DNA from: Thermoanaerobaculia bacterium
GTDB lineage: Bacteria; Acidobacteriota; Thermoanaerobaculia; Multivoradales; UBA5704
Direction: 5' to 3'
Assembly: GCA_046714475.1 (NCBI GenBank)
Contig: JBKKAU010000228.1
Location: forward strand, 1 to 48,119
DNA length: 48,119 nucleotides
The first letter of the stretch is position 1; the number at the start of each line of letters is the position of its first letter. Positions 8,035-18,721 of the stretch are shown here, in pieces. The translations under genes and the position numbers were made by a program. The notes under the pieces were generated by a model. That model worked only from the letters and a program-made list of their open reading frames with translations, was not told the origin of the DNA and searched no databases.

Positions 8035-10278
8035 ATGGCGGCGACCTCGTCGGCCTTCCACCTCCTGCACCCAAAGGTCCGGAAGTGGCTCTGGGATCAA
8101 GGGTGGGATGAGCTGCGAGGCTTTCAGGAGGAGGCGATCCCCGCCGTGCTGGAGGGACAGGGCGACCTCGTGATCGCCGCTTCCACCGCCGCAGGCAAGA
8201 CGGAAGCGGCCTTCCTCCCCATCCTCACGGCCCTCGCCGACGATTTCGGGGGGAGCGTCCGCACCCTGTACGTCAGTCCACTCAAGGCGCTGATCAACGA
8301 TCAGTTCGACCGGCTCGAGCGGCTCTGCGAAGAGCTGGAGGTGCCGGTCGCCCGCTGGCACGGGGACGTCGCCGCCTCCCGGAAGCGGAAGGTGCTCGAC
8401 CATCCCGAGGGGATTCTGATCATCACGCCGGAGTCGCTGGAGGCCCTGTTCGTCCGCCAGGGGCCGAAGGTCCGTCCGCTGTTCGAGCGGCTCGCCTTTG
8501 TCGTCGTCGACGAGTTGCACGCCTTCCTCGGCACCGAGCGCGGCCGGCAGCTCCAGTCGCTGCTCCATCGGGTCGAGCTGGCGGTCCGCCGCCGCGTCCC
8601 CCGCATCGCGCTCTCGGCGACGCTCGGCGACCTGTCGCTCGCCTGCGAGTTCTTGCGCCCCGGAGGAGGGGAGGCGGTGCGGCGCATCGTCTCGGCGGCG
8701 AGCGGGCAGGAGCTCAAGGTCCAGGTGCGCGGCTACCGGGTCGTTCCTCCCCGGCTCTCCGCCGCGCAGGCGGAGGCGATGGAAGCCGCGGGCCAGCCGC
8801 CTTCCCTGGAAGACCTGGTCGAAGGCGACGCCCTGGAGATCAGTCTCCACCTCTTCGACAAGCTGCGCGGCGGCCATCACTTGATCTTCGCCAACTCGCG
8901 CGCCAACGTGGAGCTGTTCGCGGACCTGCTGCGCCGGCACTGCGAGACCCGGGGCATCCCGAACGAGTTCTGGGCGCATCACGGCAGCCTCTCCCGCGAG
9001 CTGCGCGAGGAGGCGGAGGCGGCGATCAAGGACCGGGCGCGGCCGGCGAGCGCGGTCTGCACCACGACCCTTGAGTTGGGCATCGACGTCGGCGCGATCG
9101 AGAGCGTGGCCCAGGTCGGCCCGCCGCCGTCGGTCGCCAGCCTGCGCCAGCGCCTCGGGCGGTCCGGCCGCCAGGGCGGGGCCGCGGTCCTGCGCGCCTA
9201 CGTCCGGGAGCCGGAGATCGGCAAGGACGTGGCGCCGCAGTGGAGCCTGCGCTCTGACCTCGTCCAGACGGTCGCGGCGGTCCAGCTCCTCGTCGCCGGC
9301 TGGTGCGAGCCGCCGGAGCCGGCGGCGCTCCATCTCTCGACGCTGGTCCAGCAGCTCCTGTCGGCGATCGCGCAGCATGGGAGCCTCCGCGCCGACCAGG
9401 CCTGGCGGGCCCTATGCCGCGACGGCGCCTTCCCGGGCGTCGACCAGGCGCTTTTCGCGGAGCTGCTGCGGAGCCTCGGCGGTCGCGAGCTGGTCCGGCA
9501 GGTGCACTCGGGCGAGCTGGTACTGGAGCTCACGGGGGAGCGGATCGTCAACCACCACGAGTTCTACGCCGCCTTCGCGACCTCGGACGAGTTCCGGCTG
9601 ACCAGCGGCGGCCGCACCCTGGGCACGCTGCCGATCTCCTATCCGCTGTTCCCCGGGCTCTGCATCGTCTTCGCGGGCCGCCGCTGGGAGGTGGTGTCCG
9701 TGGACGTGGAGCACAAGGTCGTGGACCTCAAGCCGGCCTTCGGCGCGCGTCTGCCCGGCTTCGAGGGGACGCGGGGAGCGGCGGTTCACGACCGGGTACG
9801 GCGGGAGATGCTCGCGGTCTACCGCTCCGCGTCCATGCCCGCCTTCCTGGACGCCCGGGCGCGCGACCTCCTCGCAGAAGGGCGCGGCCACTTCGCCCGT
9901 CTCGGGCTGGGAGAGCACCGCGTCCTCGGCGACGGCTCGGACACTCTCCTCTTCTGCTGGCGCGGCGACCGGGTGCTCGACACCCTGTCGGTCTGGCTCA
10001 ACGAGCGAGGTTTCAAGGTGGCGCAGGAGGGGGTGGCGCTGGTCCTGGACGGCGCCGATCCCGTGGAGGTCCGCCGCGAGCTGACCCGTCTCGCCGGCCA
10101 GGAACCTCCCGATCCCCTGGACCTCGCGGCCTCGGTCGTCAACAAGAGGACGGAGAAGTTCCACCCCTACCTGACCGACGAGCTCCTCGCCACCGACTGG
10201 GCGAGCAGCCGGATCGACGTGCGCGGGGCCTGGGAAACGATGCGGGAAGTCGCGGGCTCGGGCAGATCGGGAACATAG
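8035..10278 (+). CDS. sngC: SF2 DEAD/DExH-box helicase, Lhr/BrxHI-like (Shango SngC-type)
   Basis: 747 aa. Motif I AASTAAGKTEAAFLP, motif Ib LYVSPLKALINDQ, motif II VVVDELHAF, helicase C motifs (TTTLELGIDVG, QRLGRSGR) and a long Lhr-like C-terminal extension. Starts 3 nt after the sngB stop. Confidence 0.85.
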   Translation: MAATSSAFHLLHPKVRKWLWDQGWDELRGFQEEAIPAVLEGQGDLVIAASTAAGKTEAAFLPILTALADDFGGSVRTLYVSPLKALINDQFDRLERLCEELEVPVARWHGDVAASRKRKVLDHPEGILIITPESLEALFVRQGPKVRPLFERLAFVVVDELHAFLGTERGRQLQSLLHRVELAVRRRVPRIALSATLGDLSLACEFLRPGGGEAVRRIVSAASGQELKVQVRGYRVVPPRLSAAQAEAMEAAGQPPSLEDLVEGDALEISLHLFDKLRGGHHLIFANSRANVELFADLLRRHCETRGIPNEFWAHHGSLSRELREEAEAAIKDRARPASAVCTTTLELGIDVGAIESVAQVGPPPSVASLRQRLGRSGRQGGAAVLRAYVREPEIGKDVAPQWSLRSDLVQTVAAVQLLVAGWCEPPEPAALHLSTLVQQLLSAIAQHGSLRADQAWRALCRDGAFPGVDQALFAELLRSLGGRELVRQVHSGELVLELTGERIVNHHEFYAAFATSDEFRLTSGGRTLGTLPISYPLFPGLCIVFAGRRWEVVSVDVEHKVVDLKPAFGARLPGFEGTRGAAVHDRVRREMLAVYRSASMPAFLDARARDLLAEGRGHFARLGLGEHRVLGDGSDTLLFCWRGDRVLDTLSVWLNERGFKVAQEGVALVLDGADPVEVRRELTRLAGQEPPDPLDLAASVVNKRTEKFHPYLTDELLATDWASSRIDVRGAWETMREVAGSGRSGT

Positions 10279-10337
10279 GTAACGCTCTAGTAGACTCTGT
10301 GGGCTCGAGCCCAAGGATCAGGTTCTTGACTCGGGTA

Positions 10338-10373
10338 GGCCTGACGGAGTGCGTGAGATTATTCCGTCAGGCC
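10338..10373 (+). terminator. Stem-loop downstream of the helicase gene (possible terminator)
   Basis: GGCCTGACGGA (10338-10348) pairs perfectly with TCCGTCAGGCC (10363-10373) around a 14-nt loop. There is no clear U-tract, so function is uncertain. Confidence 0.35.
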
Positions 10374-10437
10374 GCTTCCCCACACACCGAAGACCTTCGA
10401 GGCCACAGAGGACGTCGCCCCGGAGTGCCGGCGGAGG

Positions 10438-10731
10438 CGACGAACGCGCTGCCCCGGGTCACCGACGGTCCGGACCGGGGTGCGGACGGTTGTGAGACGC
10501 AAGCGGGAGGTTCGCACCCGCTTCGCGGCGGTTCGCCCCGGTTTCCGGACGGTTCGGAGCTGGCTCCGGACGGTTGGGATCTCGGGGCGAACCGTCCGCT
10601 CCGAGATGCGAACGGTCGAGATCTTGATGCGAACCGTCCGCCCCGAGCTCCCGAGGGCTGCGAAACGGATCCGAACCGTCCGCCCCGAGTTGCGGACGGT
10701 TGGGAACTCGGTGCGAACCGTCCGCCCCGAG
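10438..10731. repeat. Tandem array of a 42-bp unit: 4 well-conserved copies plus about 3 degenerate ones, each with an internal dyad
   Basis: The core (G/C)CGAACCGTCCGC(C/T)CCGAG occurs at 10587-10605, 10629-10647, 10671-10689 and 10713-10731, exactly 42 bp apart. Units at 10564-10605 and 10690-10731 also carry the inverted partner (C/G)CGGACGGTT, which forms 9-11 bp dyads. Upstream units (10438-10563) are degenerate. Confidence 0.85.
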
Positions 10732-10841
10732 ATTCAAAGGGCGGCGATTCGTCTCGCAACCATCCAGACCTGGCTCCCGGAGGTCCGGATCGCGGGGCCG
10801 GCCGCTAGGCCGTATCCGCGGCTGTCCATATACTCCCGCCG

Positions 10842-11726
10842 ATGTCTGTCACAGTCCTTGTGAACCGGGGCGCCGGCACGGTGAAGCGCCTGGAACTGAC
10901 CGAGGCCGGCGTGCGGGATGCGTTCGTAAAGGCCGGCGTCGAGGCGGACGTACGCTTCCTGGATGGTCCGGAGCTCGGCCCGGCGGCCCGCGCGGCTGTC
11001 AAAGGGGGGGCCGAGGCGGTCGTCGCCGGGGGCGGCGATGGCACGATCCGTTCCGTGGCTGGCGCGCTGGCGGGAACGGAGGTACCGATGGGTGTCCTGC
11101 CGCTCGGTACCTTGAACCACTTCGCGCGCGATCTGGGGATTCCGTTGGACCTCGAAGGGGCTGCGGCGGTTGTGGCGGAGCGCAACTCCCGTCCGCTCGA
11201 CCTGGGCGAGGTCAACGGCGAGGTCTTCGTCAACAACTCGACGCTGGGCTTTTACCCACCGGTCGTGACCGTCCGCGATCAGGAGCGCAGGCGCTTCGGC
11301 CGTGGGAAGGGGTGGGCTACGGTCCTGGCGATCCGCAGGGTGCTGCCGCGTTTAGCGCCGCTGGACGTACAGGTGCAGGTCGAGGGGCGGAAGGTCTATC
11401 GCCGTTCGATGTTCGTGTTCGTCGGCAACAACGAGTACGCGATGAGTGCCTTCTCCTACGGCGCCCGCAAGCGCTTCGACAGCGGTGACCTCTATCTCTA
11501 CATCGCCCGGTGCCACACCCGGCTCGGCGTCGCCTGGCTCGCTTTGCTGTCCCTGGTGCGGGACCTCGTGCGGTCGGACCGCTTCGACTCGTGGTGCGTG
11601 CCCGAGTTCACGATCGAATCGCGCAAGAAGGCGATGCCGGTCTATCTCGACGGCGAGGTGATCGTTCTCGAGCCGCCGCTGACCTACAGGGTGAGGCCTC
11701 ACGATCTGCGGGTGCTGCTGCCGTGA
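10842..11726 (+). CDS. Diacylglycerol kinase catalytic-domain (YegS/LCB5-like) lipid kinase
   Basis: 294 aa. VLVNRGAGT..., AVVAGGGDGTIRSVAGAL and MGVLPLGTLNHFARDLGIP are the DAGK_cat signature blocks. Confidence 0.8.
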   Translation: MSVTVLVNRGAGTVKRLELTEAGVRDAFVKAGVEADVRFLDGPELGPAARAAVKGGAEAVVAGGGDGTIRSVAGALAGTEVPMGVLPLGTLNHFARDLGIPLDLEGAAAVVAERNSRPLDLGEVNGEVFVNNSTLGFYPPVVTVRDQERRRFGRGKGWATVLAIRRVLPRLAPLDVQVQVEGRKVYRRSMFVFVGNNEYAMSAFSYGARKRFDSGDLYLYIARCHTRLGVAWLALLSLVRDLVRSDRFDSWCVPEFTIESRKKAMPVYLDGEVIVLEPPLTYRVRPHDLRVLLP

Positions 11727-11800
11727 GGAGCGTTATCCAGTACGAATGAGACGCGCGGCCCGGCTTGACCGGGCAGGTCCGTTTTTCTAGAATAGGATTT

Positions 11801-12055
11801 ATGGCGAGGCAAGCAGTTCTTTCTCTAGACGACGACGTTGCGGCTCTCCTTGATGTGGAGGCTCAGCGTAAGGGTTGTCCTGTGGATGAGGTTCTGAACA
11901 ACCATCTGCGGCAGAGCCTGGAGACGCCGACTCACCGGAAGATCGAAGGTGGCCATTTCAGGGTGCCGGCCAAACCTCTGCAGGCGCATCCTGGCATCGA
12001 CTTCGACGACGTTGAAGGGCTGCTCGAAAAGCTCGAGACCCGTGATCCTCGTTGA
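11801..12055 (+). CDS. vapB: VapB-like antitoxin
   Basis: 84 aa from ATG 11801 (the ORF is open from TTG 11765). MARQAVLSLDDDVAALLDVEAQRKG is an RHH/antitoxin-like N-terminus. Overlaps the PIN gene by 14 nt. Lower G+C than the flanks by eye. Confidence 0.55.
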   Translation: MARQAVLSLDDDVAALLDVEAQRKGCPVDEVLNNHLRQSLETPTHRKIEGGHFRVPAKPLQAHPGIDFDDVEGLLEKLETRDPR

Positions 12056-12469
12056 CGCCAACCTCTTCATCTACGCCCACGATCTAACGAGCCCATTTCA
12101 CACCCCGGCTCGGCGGTGGATGGAGCAGGTTTTCTCAGGTACCGAGCCTATCCGCCTGTCGTGGACAAGCCTGCTCGCATTTTTGAGAATCACGACTCAC
12201 GCACGCGTATTCGCCAATCCCTTCTCGCTTGAAGAAGCCCTCCAAGCTGTCGAATACTGGCTTTCCCAACCATGTATGGACCTGCTACAGCCAGGGCAGG
12301 CTCATCCCGAGATCCTGTCCTCTCTCCTCCGGAAGACTCAGGTCACTGGCCCTCTCGTTATGGACGCCCATCTGGCTGCCCTGGCTATTGAGCATGAAGC
12401 AGTGCTCTATTCGACCGATAAAGACTTCGATCAATTTCCGGGTCTCCGCCGAGTCAACCCGCTCGCGCT

Positions 12470-12473
<4 letters not shown>
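12042..12473 (+). CDS. vapC: PIN-domain toxin (VapC family)
   Basis: GTG 12042 gives (M)ILVDANLFIYAHD..., followed by a later MDAHLAALAIEHEAVLYSTDKDF. These are the conserved acidic positions and layout of VapC. Confidence 0.8.
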
Positions 12474-14344
<1,871 letters not shown>

Positions 14345-14365
14345 GCGCGGTACGGTGCTCCCCGG

Positions 14366-17224
14366 TCAGCCGCCGGACGCGGCGACGGCCACCGCGGCGG
14401 GTCCATCCACTGTCAGCGGGGTGGGCGGGGCCGACAGCTCGTAGGCGCCCTCCCGCCGCAGGTCGTAGATGACGATCGCCTCGGCGGCGTGGTTTGCCGC
14501 CGGGCTTTTCGTCCGGGCGATGGCGATGGCGCGGTCGCGCGCCTGGTCGTCCGGCCGGTAGACGTTGAAGGCTTTGAGGTGCCGGGCCGCCTGCTCCTTG
14601 TCGCCGAGTTGCCTGTAGACCAGGTGCAGGTTGTAGTGCGCGGTGGCGTTCTCGGGGTCGAGCGTCAGGGTTTTCTCGAAAAGGTCACGGGCTTCGGAGA
14701 GCAGGGCGTCACGGCGCGTCCGGCGGGCGTCGCCACGCTCCTGGCGGGCGCGCTCGATCAGCGTCTGTCCGAGCTCGTTCAACAGGCGGTAGTCCTTGGA
14801 GAAGTCGAAACCCCGCTGGCGCATCTCCTCGGTGTCGGCCTGGATCAGGCTGCGGAAGTTGGTGATCGCCTCGTCGAGGAAGCCGTTCTGCTTGTTGACC
14901 TGGCCGGTGAGCCAGGCGACGGTCCATTGCGGCGCGGGCGGATCGAACGAGGCGGCGCGGCTCAGGGCCTCGACCGCCTTGTCCTGCACCGTGCCCTGCT
15001 CGATGTAGACGCGGGCCCGGTTCAACGGGCCGTCCGGCCGGCCGAGCGCCTCGACCTGGGAGAAAGCCTCCTCGGCCTGGCGCAGCTCGCCCTTGCTCTT
15101 GCCCCCCTTGAGCAGCAGGCCGATGCCGTAGTCGTTCCAGCGCTGCCTGGGCTCGACCGGCAACTCCGCGTTGGTGGGCCTGGCGGAGGAGCCGGCGACG
15201 GGGAAGGTGATCCGATCGGCCGCCAGCGTCATGACCGGCAGGTCGTTCTCGAAATCCTTGCCGAAGACGTGCTTCATGTAGCGGGTGTCGAACTTCCGGT
15301 ACTGGAGCTTGACCTCGACGGTGACCGGCTCGCGCACGTCCTTGGGGAGGTCCAGGCGGTAGTGGATGACGTCGGCCGCCCCCGGCGGGATCTGGTGGTT
15401 GTAGAGCGGGACGAAGATGTCCTCGGGGTTCCGCCGGTCGATGCGGTTGCCGTTCCGGTCGAGCATGTAGACGTTGACGAAGTGCGACCAGGGGTCGACC
15501 TCGCGGTCCGGCCCGAAGCCGCCGCTCCTGCCGATGACCCGGCCGCCGCTGGTCGCGGTCACGTCCACCCAGACCTCGTTGGAGTCGGCGGTCCCCTGGG
15601 TGAAGGGGTGGCCGATCTTGAGCGTGCGGATCACGGCCTCCAGCAGGTAGGGCTTGCCGGGCTCCAGGGCGGGGACCTGGGGACGCAACGGCGCGGTCAG
15701 CTTGCCGTCGATCGTGCCGCCCTCCTTGACCCCGAAGAGGTCGACGCGCAGGACCCCCTCGTTGAACTTCTTGTGCTTCTCGTTGACCCACGCCGGCAGC
15801 TTGAGCAGGTGGGGGATCGCCGTGTTGGCCGACGGGAACATGTGGTCGCGGACCTTGAGCAGGCCGGAGTCGTCGTAGCTCTTGGCCGCGAAGTCCTCCG
15901 ACGCCATCGGCTGCATATGGCAGGAGGCGCAGTTCTCGCTGGCTTTGGCCGGATAGTAGAAGCTGGCGACGCCGTGGCCGGACGCGCCGGAGAGCAGGAA
16001 CGTGTCGTAGTGGTTCTGGCCGCGCAGCCACTTGTAGTGGTTGAGCTCGGGCGGCAGGTGGACCTTGTGGCAACTGCCGCAGAACTCGGCCGTGCGGTGC
16101 AGCGGCTTCAAGAACGTCTTCTTGTGGAACTCGGGCTTGGCCTTGACGAGCTGCCGGTTGACCCACTGCAGGGTCTGGCTCTGGCTGAACGCGAACGGAT
16201 AGTGGATCGGCTCCTCGATCGTGTAGTCGGCGTTGCCGCGCGGGCTGTTGACGTGGGTGATCGAGTGGCAGGCCGAGCAGGTGAGCCCGGCCTGGCCGGC
16301 CGGGTCGTGGACGTCGTCGAACTTCGGGTCGTCGAACTTGCCGCTGAAGAAGACCACCGGGTCGTGGCAGCCGGCGCAGAAGCGGGAGGCCTGGACGTCG
16401 CCGTCGCGCTTCAAGGACTGGGCGCGGGTCTGGCGGACCGAGAAGAGATAGGCCGGGTTGTTGAACGAGCTGAACCGGTGCGCGCTGTTCTGCCAGCCCT
16501 CGTGGACGTCCTGGTGGCACTGGGCGCAGTACTGGTTGTTCATCAGCGTCCGCGCCGGGATGAAGTTGCCGGTCGAGGTGCGGGCGAGCGACGGGAAGAA
16601 GTAGCGCTCGCCGGAGGCCGGGCCGGCGACGTTCCACTGCCGCGGGTCCTGCGCCTGGACGATCAGCAGGACGACGGCGAAGGCCCCGGCGACCGCGGCC
16701 CAGCGCAGGCCGACCTTCCACTTGATGCGTTTGCCGGCGAGGCGGTGGAGGATGAACAGCCAGACCGCCGCGAGGGGGCTCAGGACGTGGAGCCAGTAGG
16801 AGACCGATCGGACGGCCGGGTCCTTGACCACGATCACCCCGTCGATCCGGGTCAGGACGATGCCGCTCGCCAGCAGCACCAGGGCGGTCGCGAACAGCGA
16901 ATAGCCGACGAGGACGGCGCGCCGGTTTGGTCGGTTGTGGGCGTTGCGGATGTGGGCGACGCCGAAGGCGATCACCGGCACGACGATCAGCAGCCCCATC
17001 ACCAGATGGAGCAGGAACATGTACATGTAGAACCAGTTCTGGTACGTCTTGCCGGTGACCCATTCGAGGAACGTCGTGCTCGCCAGGTAGGTCGAATTGA
17101 CCGCCAGCAGCGCGAACAGGCCGAAGACGACGAAGAGCAGCTTCTTCAACCGGGGTCCCACGGCGGGGAGGTACTTCCTCTTGCGCGGCGGCGTGGGTTG
17201 GCTGGGAGTCTCTGGTTCCATCAT
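14366..17224 (-). CDS. Membrane-anchored multihaem (5 x CxxCH) c-type cytochrome with C-terminal TPR domain
   Basis: Start taken at MMEPETPS (17224); the 14366..17554 ORF extension is Arg/Pro-rich. About 4-5 N-terminal TM helices. CAQCH, CAGCH, CSACH, CGSCH and CASCH are present. The C-terminal third has TPR-like repeats (AHYNLHLVYRQLGDKEQAARHLKAF). 21-nt gap to the CRTAC1 gene. Confidence 0.8.
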   Translation of the reverse strand: MMEPETPSQPTPPRKRKYLPAVGPRLKKLLFVVFGLFALLAVNSTYLASTTFLEWVTGKTYQNWFYMYMFLLHLVMGLLIVVPVIAFGVAHIRNAHNRPNRRAVLVGYSLFATALVLLASGIVLTRIDGVIVVKDPAVRSVSYWLHVLSPLAAVWLFILHRLAGKRIKWKVGLRWAAVAGAFAVVLLIVQAQDPRQWNVAGPASGERYFFPSLARTSTGNFIPARTLMNNQYCAQCHQDVHEGWQNSAHRFSSFNNPAYLFSVRQTRAQSLKRDGDVQASRFCAGCHDPVVFFSGKFDDPKFDDVHDPAGQAGLTCSACHSITHVNSPRGNADYTIEEPIHYPFAFSQSQTLQWVNRQLVKAKPEFHKKTFLKPLHRTAEFCGSCHKVHLPPELNHYKWLRGQNHYDTFLLSGASGHGVASFYYPAKASENCASCHMQPMASEDFAAKSYDDSGLLKVRDHMFPSANTAIPHLLKLPAWVNEKHKKFNEGVLRVDLFGVKEGGTIDGKLTAPLRPQVPALEPGKPYLLEAVIRTLKIGHPFTQGTADSNEVWVDVTATSGGRVIGRSGGFGPDREVDPWSHFVNVYMLDRNGNRIDRRNPEDIFVPLYNHQIPPGAADVIHYRLDLPKDVREPVTVEVKLQYRKFDTRYMKHVFGKDFENDLPVMTLAADRITFPVAGSSARPTNAELPVEPRQRWNDYGIGLLLKGGKSKGELRQAEEAFSQVEALGRPDGPLNRARVYIEQGTVQDKAVEALSRAASFDPPAPQWTVAWLTGQVNKQNGFLDEAITNFRSLIQADTEEMRQRGFDFSKDYRLLNELGQTLIERARQERGDARRTRRDALLSEARDLFEKTLTLDPENATAHYNLHLVYRQLGDKEQAARHLKAFNVYRPDDQARDRAIAIARTKSPAANHAAEAIVIYDLRREGAYELSAPPTPLTVDGPAAVAVAASGG

Positions 17225-17344
17225 GTCCTGTTGTCCCGCGTCTCCGGTCCTGGCGGGAGAGTACAGCCGAGCTGTCCGGCAGGTGGCCTGAGGCCGAATT
17301 GTACGCCGGCCGGAGCGTTTCTCGGCTACACTGCCGGCCAACTC

Positions 17345-18250
17345 GTGAGGGACACCCTCTTTCTCGTCAACCCGCGGGCGGGGAGCGGCCGGGCCAGCCG
17401 TGTCTGGGAGGCCGCGCTCGCCGGTTTCCCCTGCACGGCGGAGGCGGCGGTCATCGCCTCGGCCCAGCCGGAGCTGTCGATCCGTGTCCTCGACGAATGG
17501 CTGGAGGCGGGAGGCTCCCGTCTCATCGTGATCGGGGGGGACGGCTCCGTCCACCTCGCGCTCAACCGGCTCTTCCGCTCCGGCCGCCAGGCCGAGGTGT
17601 CGCTCGGTCTCGTCCCGGCCGGCACCGGCTCGGACCTCGCCCGCACGTTGGGGATTCCGCGCGATCCGCGGGCGGCGCTCGCCCGCGCCCTGAACGGCTC
17701 ACGGCGGGCGGTGGACGTCCTCGCCGTCCGAGGGGAGGGCGGCGCCGGCGGTTATTGCCGCTACGTGATGAACGTCGCCTCGGCGGGGATCTCGGGTCTG
17801 GTCGCCGAGAGGGTCAACGCGCGGACGGTGCGGCGGCCGACGACCTACCTGACCTCGACGCTCCGGGCCCTCGGCGCCTATGCCCCCTTCGCCTGCCGTG
17901 TCGAGGCGGACGGCGAGCCCTGGTACGAGGGCGAGGTGTTCCTGCTGGCCTTCGCCAACGGCCGCTCCTTCGGCAAGGGGATGCGGATCGCGCCGCGCGC
18001 CGAGATCGATGACGGGCTCGCCGACGTGGTCCTGATCCGTCCGATGCCGCGCTGGCAGATCCCCCTGCGCATGCCGCGGGTCTTTCTCGGCACCCACCTG
18101 GAGACGCCGCATGTGGTCTGGCGCCGCGCCCGGCAGGTCCGTCTCGAACCCGCCGGGCCGCTGCCGCCTTTCGAGGTCGACGGCGAGCTGATCCCCTCCG
18201 GCCCCGCCGTCTTCGAGGTGCTGCCGGGGGCGTTGTGGTTTCTGGGGTGA
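17345..18250 (+). CDS. Second YegS/DAGK-like lipid kinase
   Basis: GTG 17345 gives (M)RDTLFLVNPRAGSGRA..., then LIVIGGDGSVHLALNRL and LGLVPAGTGSDLARTLGIP. No ATG is available in frame, so the start is uncertain. Confidence 0.7.
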   Translation: MRDTLFLVNPRAGSGRASRVWEAALAGFPCTAEAAVIASAQPELSIRVLDEWLEAGGSRLIVIGGDGSVHLALNRLFRSGRQAEVSLGLVPAGTGSDLARTLGIPRDPRAALARALNGSRRAVDVLAVRGEGGAGGYCRYVMNVASAGISGLVAERVNARTVRRPTTYLTSTLRALGAYAPFACRVEADGEPWYEGEVFLLAFANGRSFGKGMRIAPRAEIDDGLADVVLIRPMPRWQIPLRMPRVFLGTHLETPHVVWRRARQVRLEPAGPLPPFEVDGELIPSGPAVFEVLPGALWFLG

Positions 18251-18254
18251 CGGT

Positions 18255-18545
18255 CTACTTGATCCCCGCCCCGTCCGCCGTCCCCCACAGTTTCCAGGAG
18301 TCGTGGCCGCTGTAGACCGTGAAGCCCTGGACGTGCGCGGTCCAGGTTCCCGGGGTGGGATTGCCGACTGTCACCCGCTCGGGGGTGGAGGAGGTGGCCC
18401 CGTCCCAGATGAAGTTGCCGTTCGGGTCTTCGAGCACCAGGTCGACGTCGTTGACCGGCCAGGAGCCCCAATCGTGCTTGAAGGAGAGTGATGGCGCGGT
18501 CCATGGCCGCGAGCACCCACGCGATACACGGACATCTTCCTCATC
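18255..18545 (-). pseudogene. Possible remnant of a peptidase C-terminal (PPC/P-domain-like) beta-sandwich
   Basis: The frame is open for only 97 codons after a TGA at 18546-18548, and the only start is a GTG at 18437. The translation WPVNDVDLVLEDPNGNFIWDGATSSTPERVTVGNPTPGTWTAHVQGFTVY resembles pre-peptidase C-terminal domains, but no catalytic domain precedes it. Confidence 0.3.
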
Positions 18546-18721
18546 TCATCCTCCATAGAGCACAAGACAGACCCTCTCCGACCCTTTCGGAGGGGCTTTT
18601 CAACAATCTCTTTTCAGCAGAGGCGTGGAGCTTACAGGAACTCTTGGGGAGGGGGAAGGGCCGAACGTAGGGATAGAATGCGGTCCCTTCCCTCTGGGGG
18701 AGGGCTCGACAAGGAGAACCG

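Noticed and set aside
10438-10731. Could the 42-bp repeat array be a small CRISPR array?
   Set aside because: The conserved core is only 19 nt and the intervening roughly 23 nt are themselves related between units (two units are about 36/42 identical). There are therefore no unique spacers. The unit length is far below repeat-plus-spacer sizes of CRISPRs, and no cas genes are present.
9303-10863. Listed ORFs crossing the repeat array (9303..10808 +, 10367..10759 -, 10459..10737 -, 10480..10863 +) with repetitive peptides such as LGADGS or RTVRPE
   Set aside because: Several frames on both strands are simultaneously open and all show the periodicity. That is what DNA-level repeats in stop-poor high-G+C sequence produce. 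None has a convincing start/RBS or protein-like composition.
18653-18692. Imperfect hairpin (GGGAAGGGCC / GGTCCCTTCCC) 30 nt upstream of the ALDH start, as a possible riboswitch or attenuator
   Set aside because: It is a bulged stem with no recognisable riboswitch consensus and nothing conserved that I can check. It was noted only in passing.
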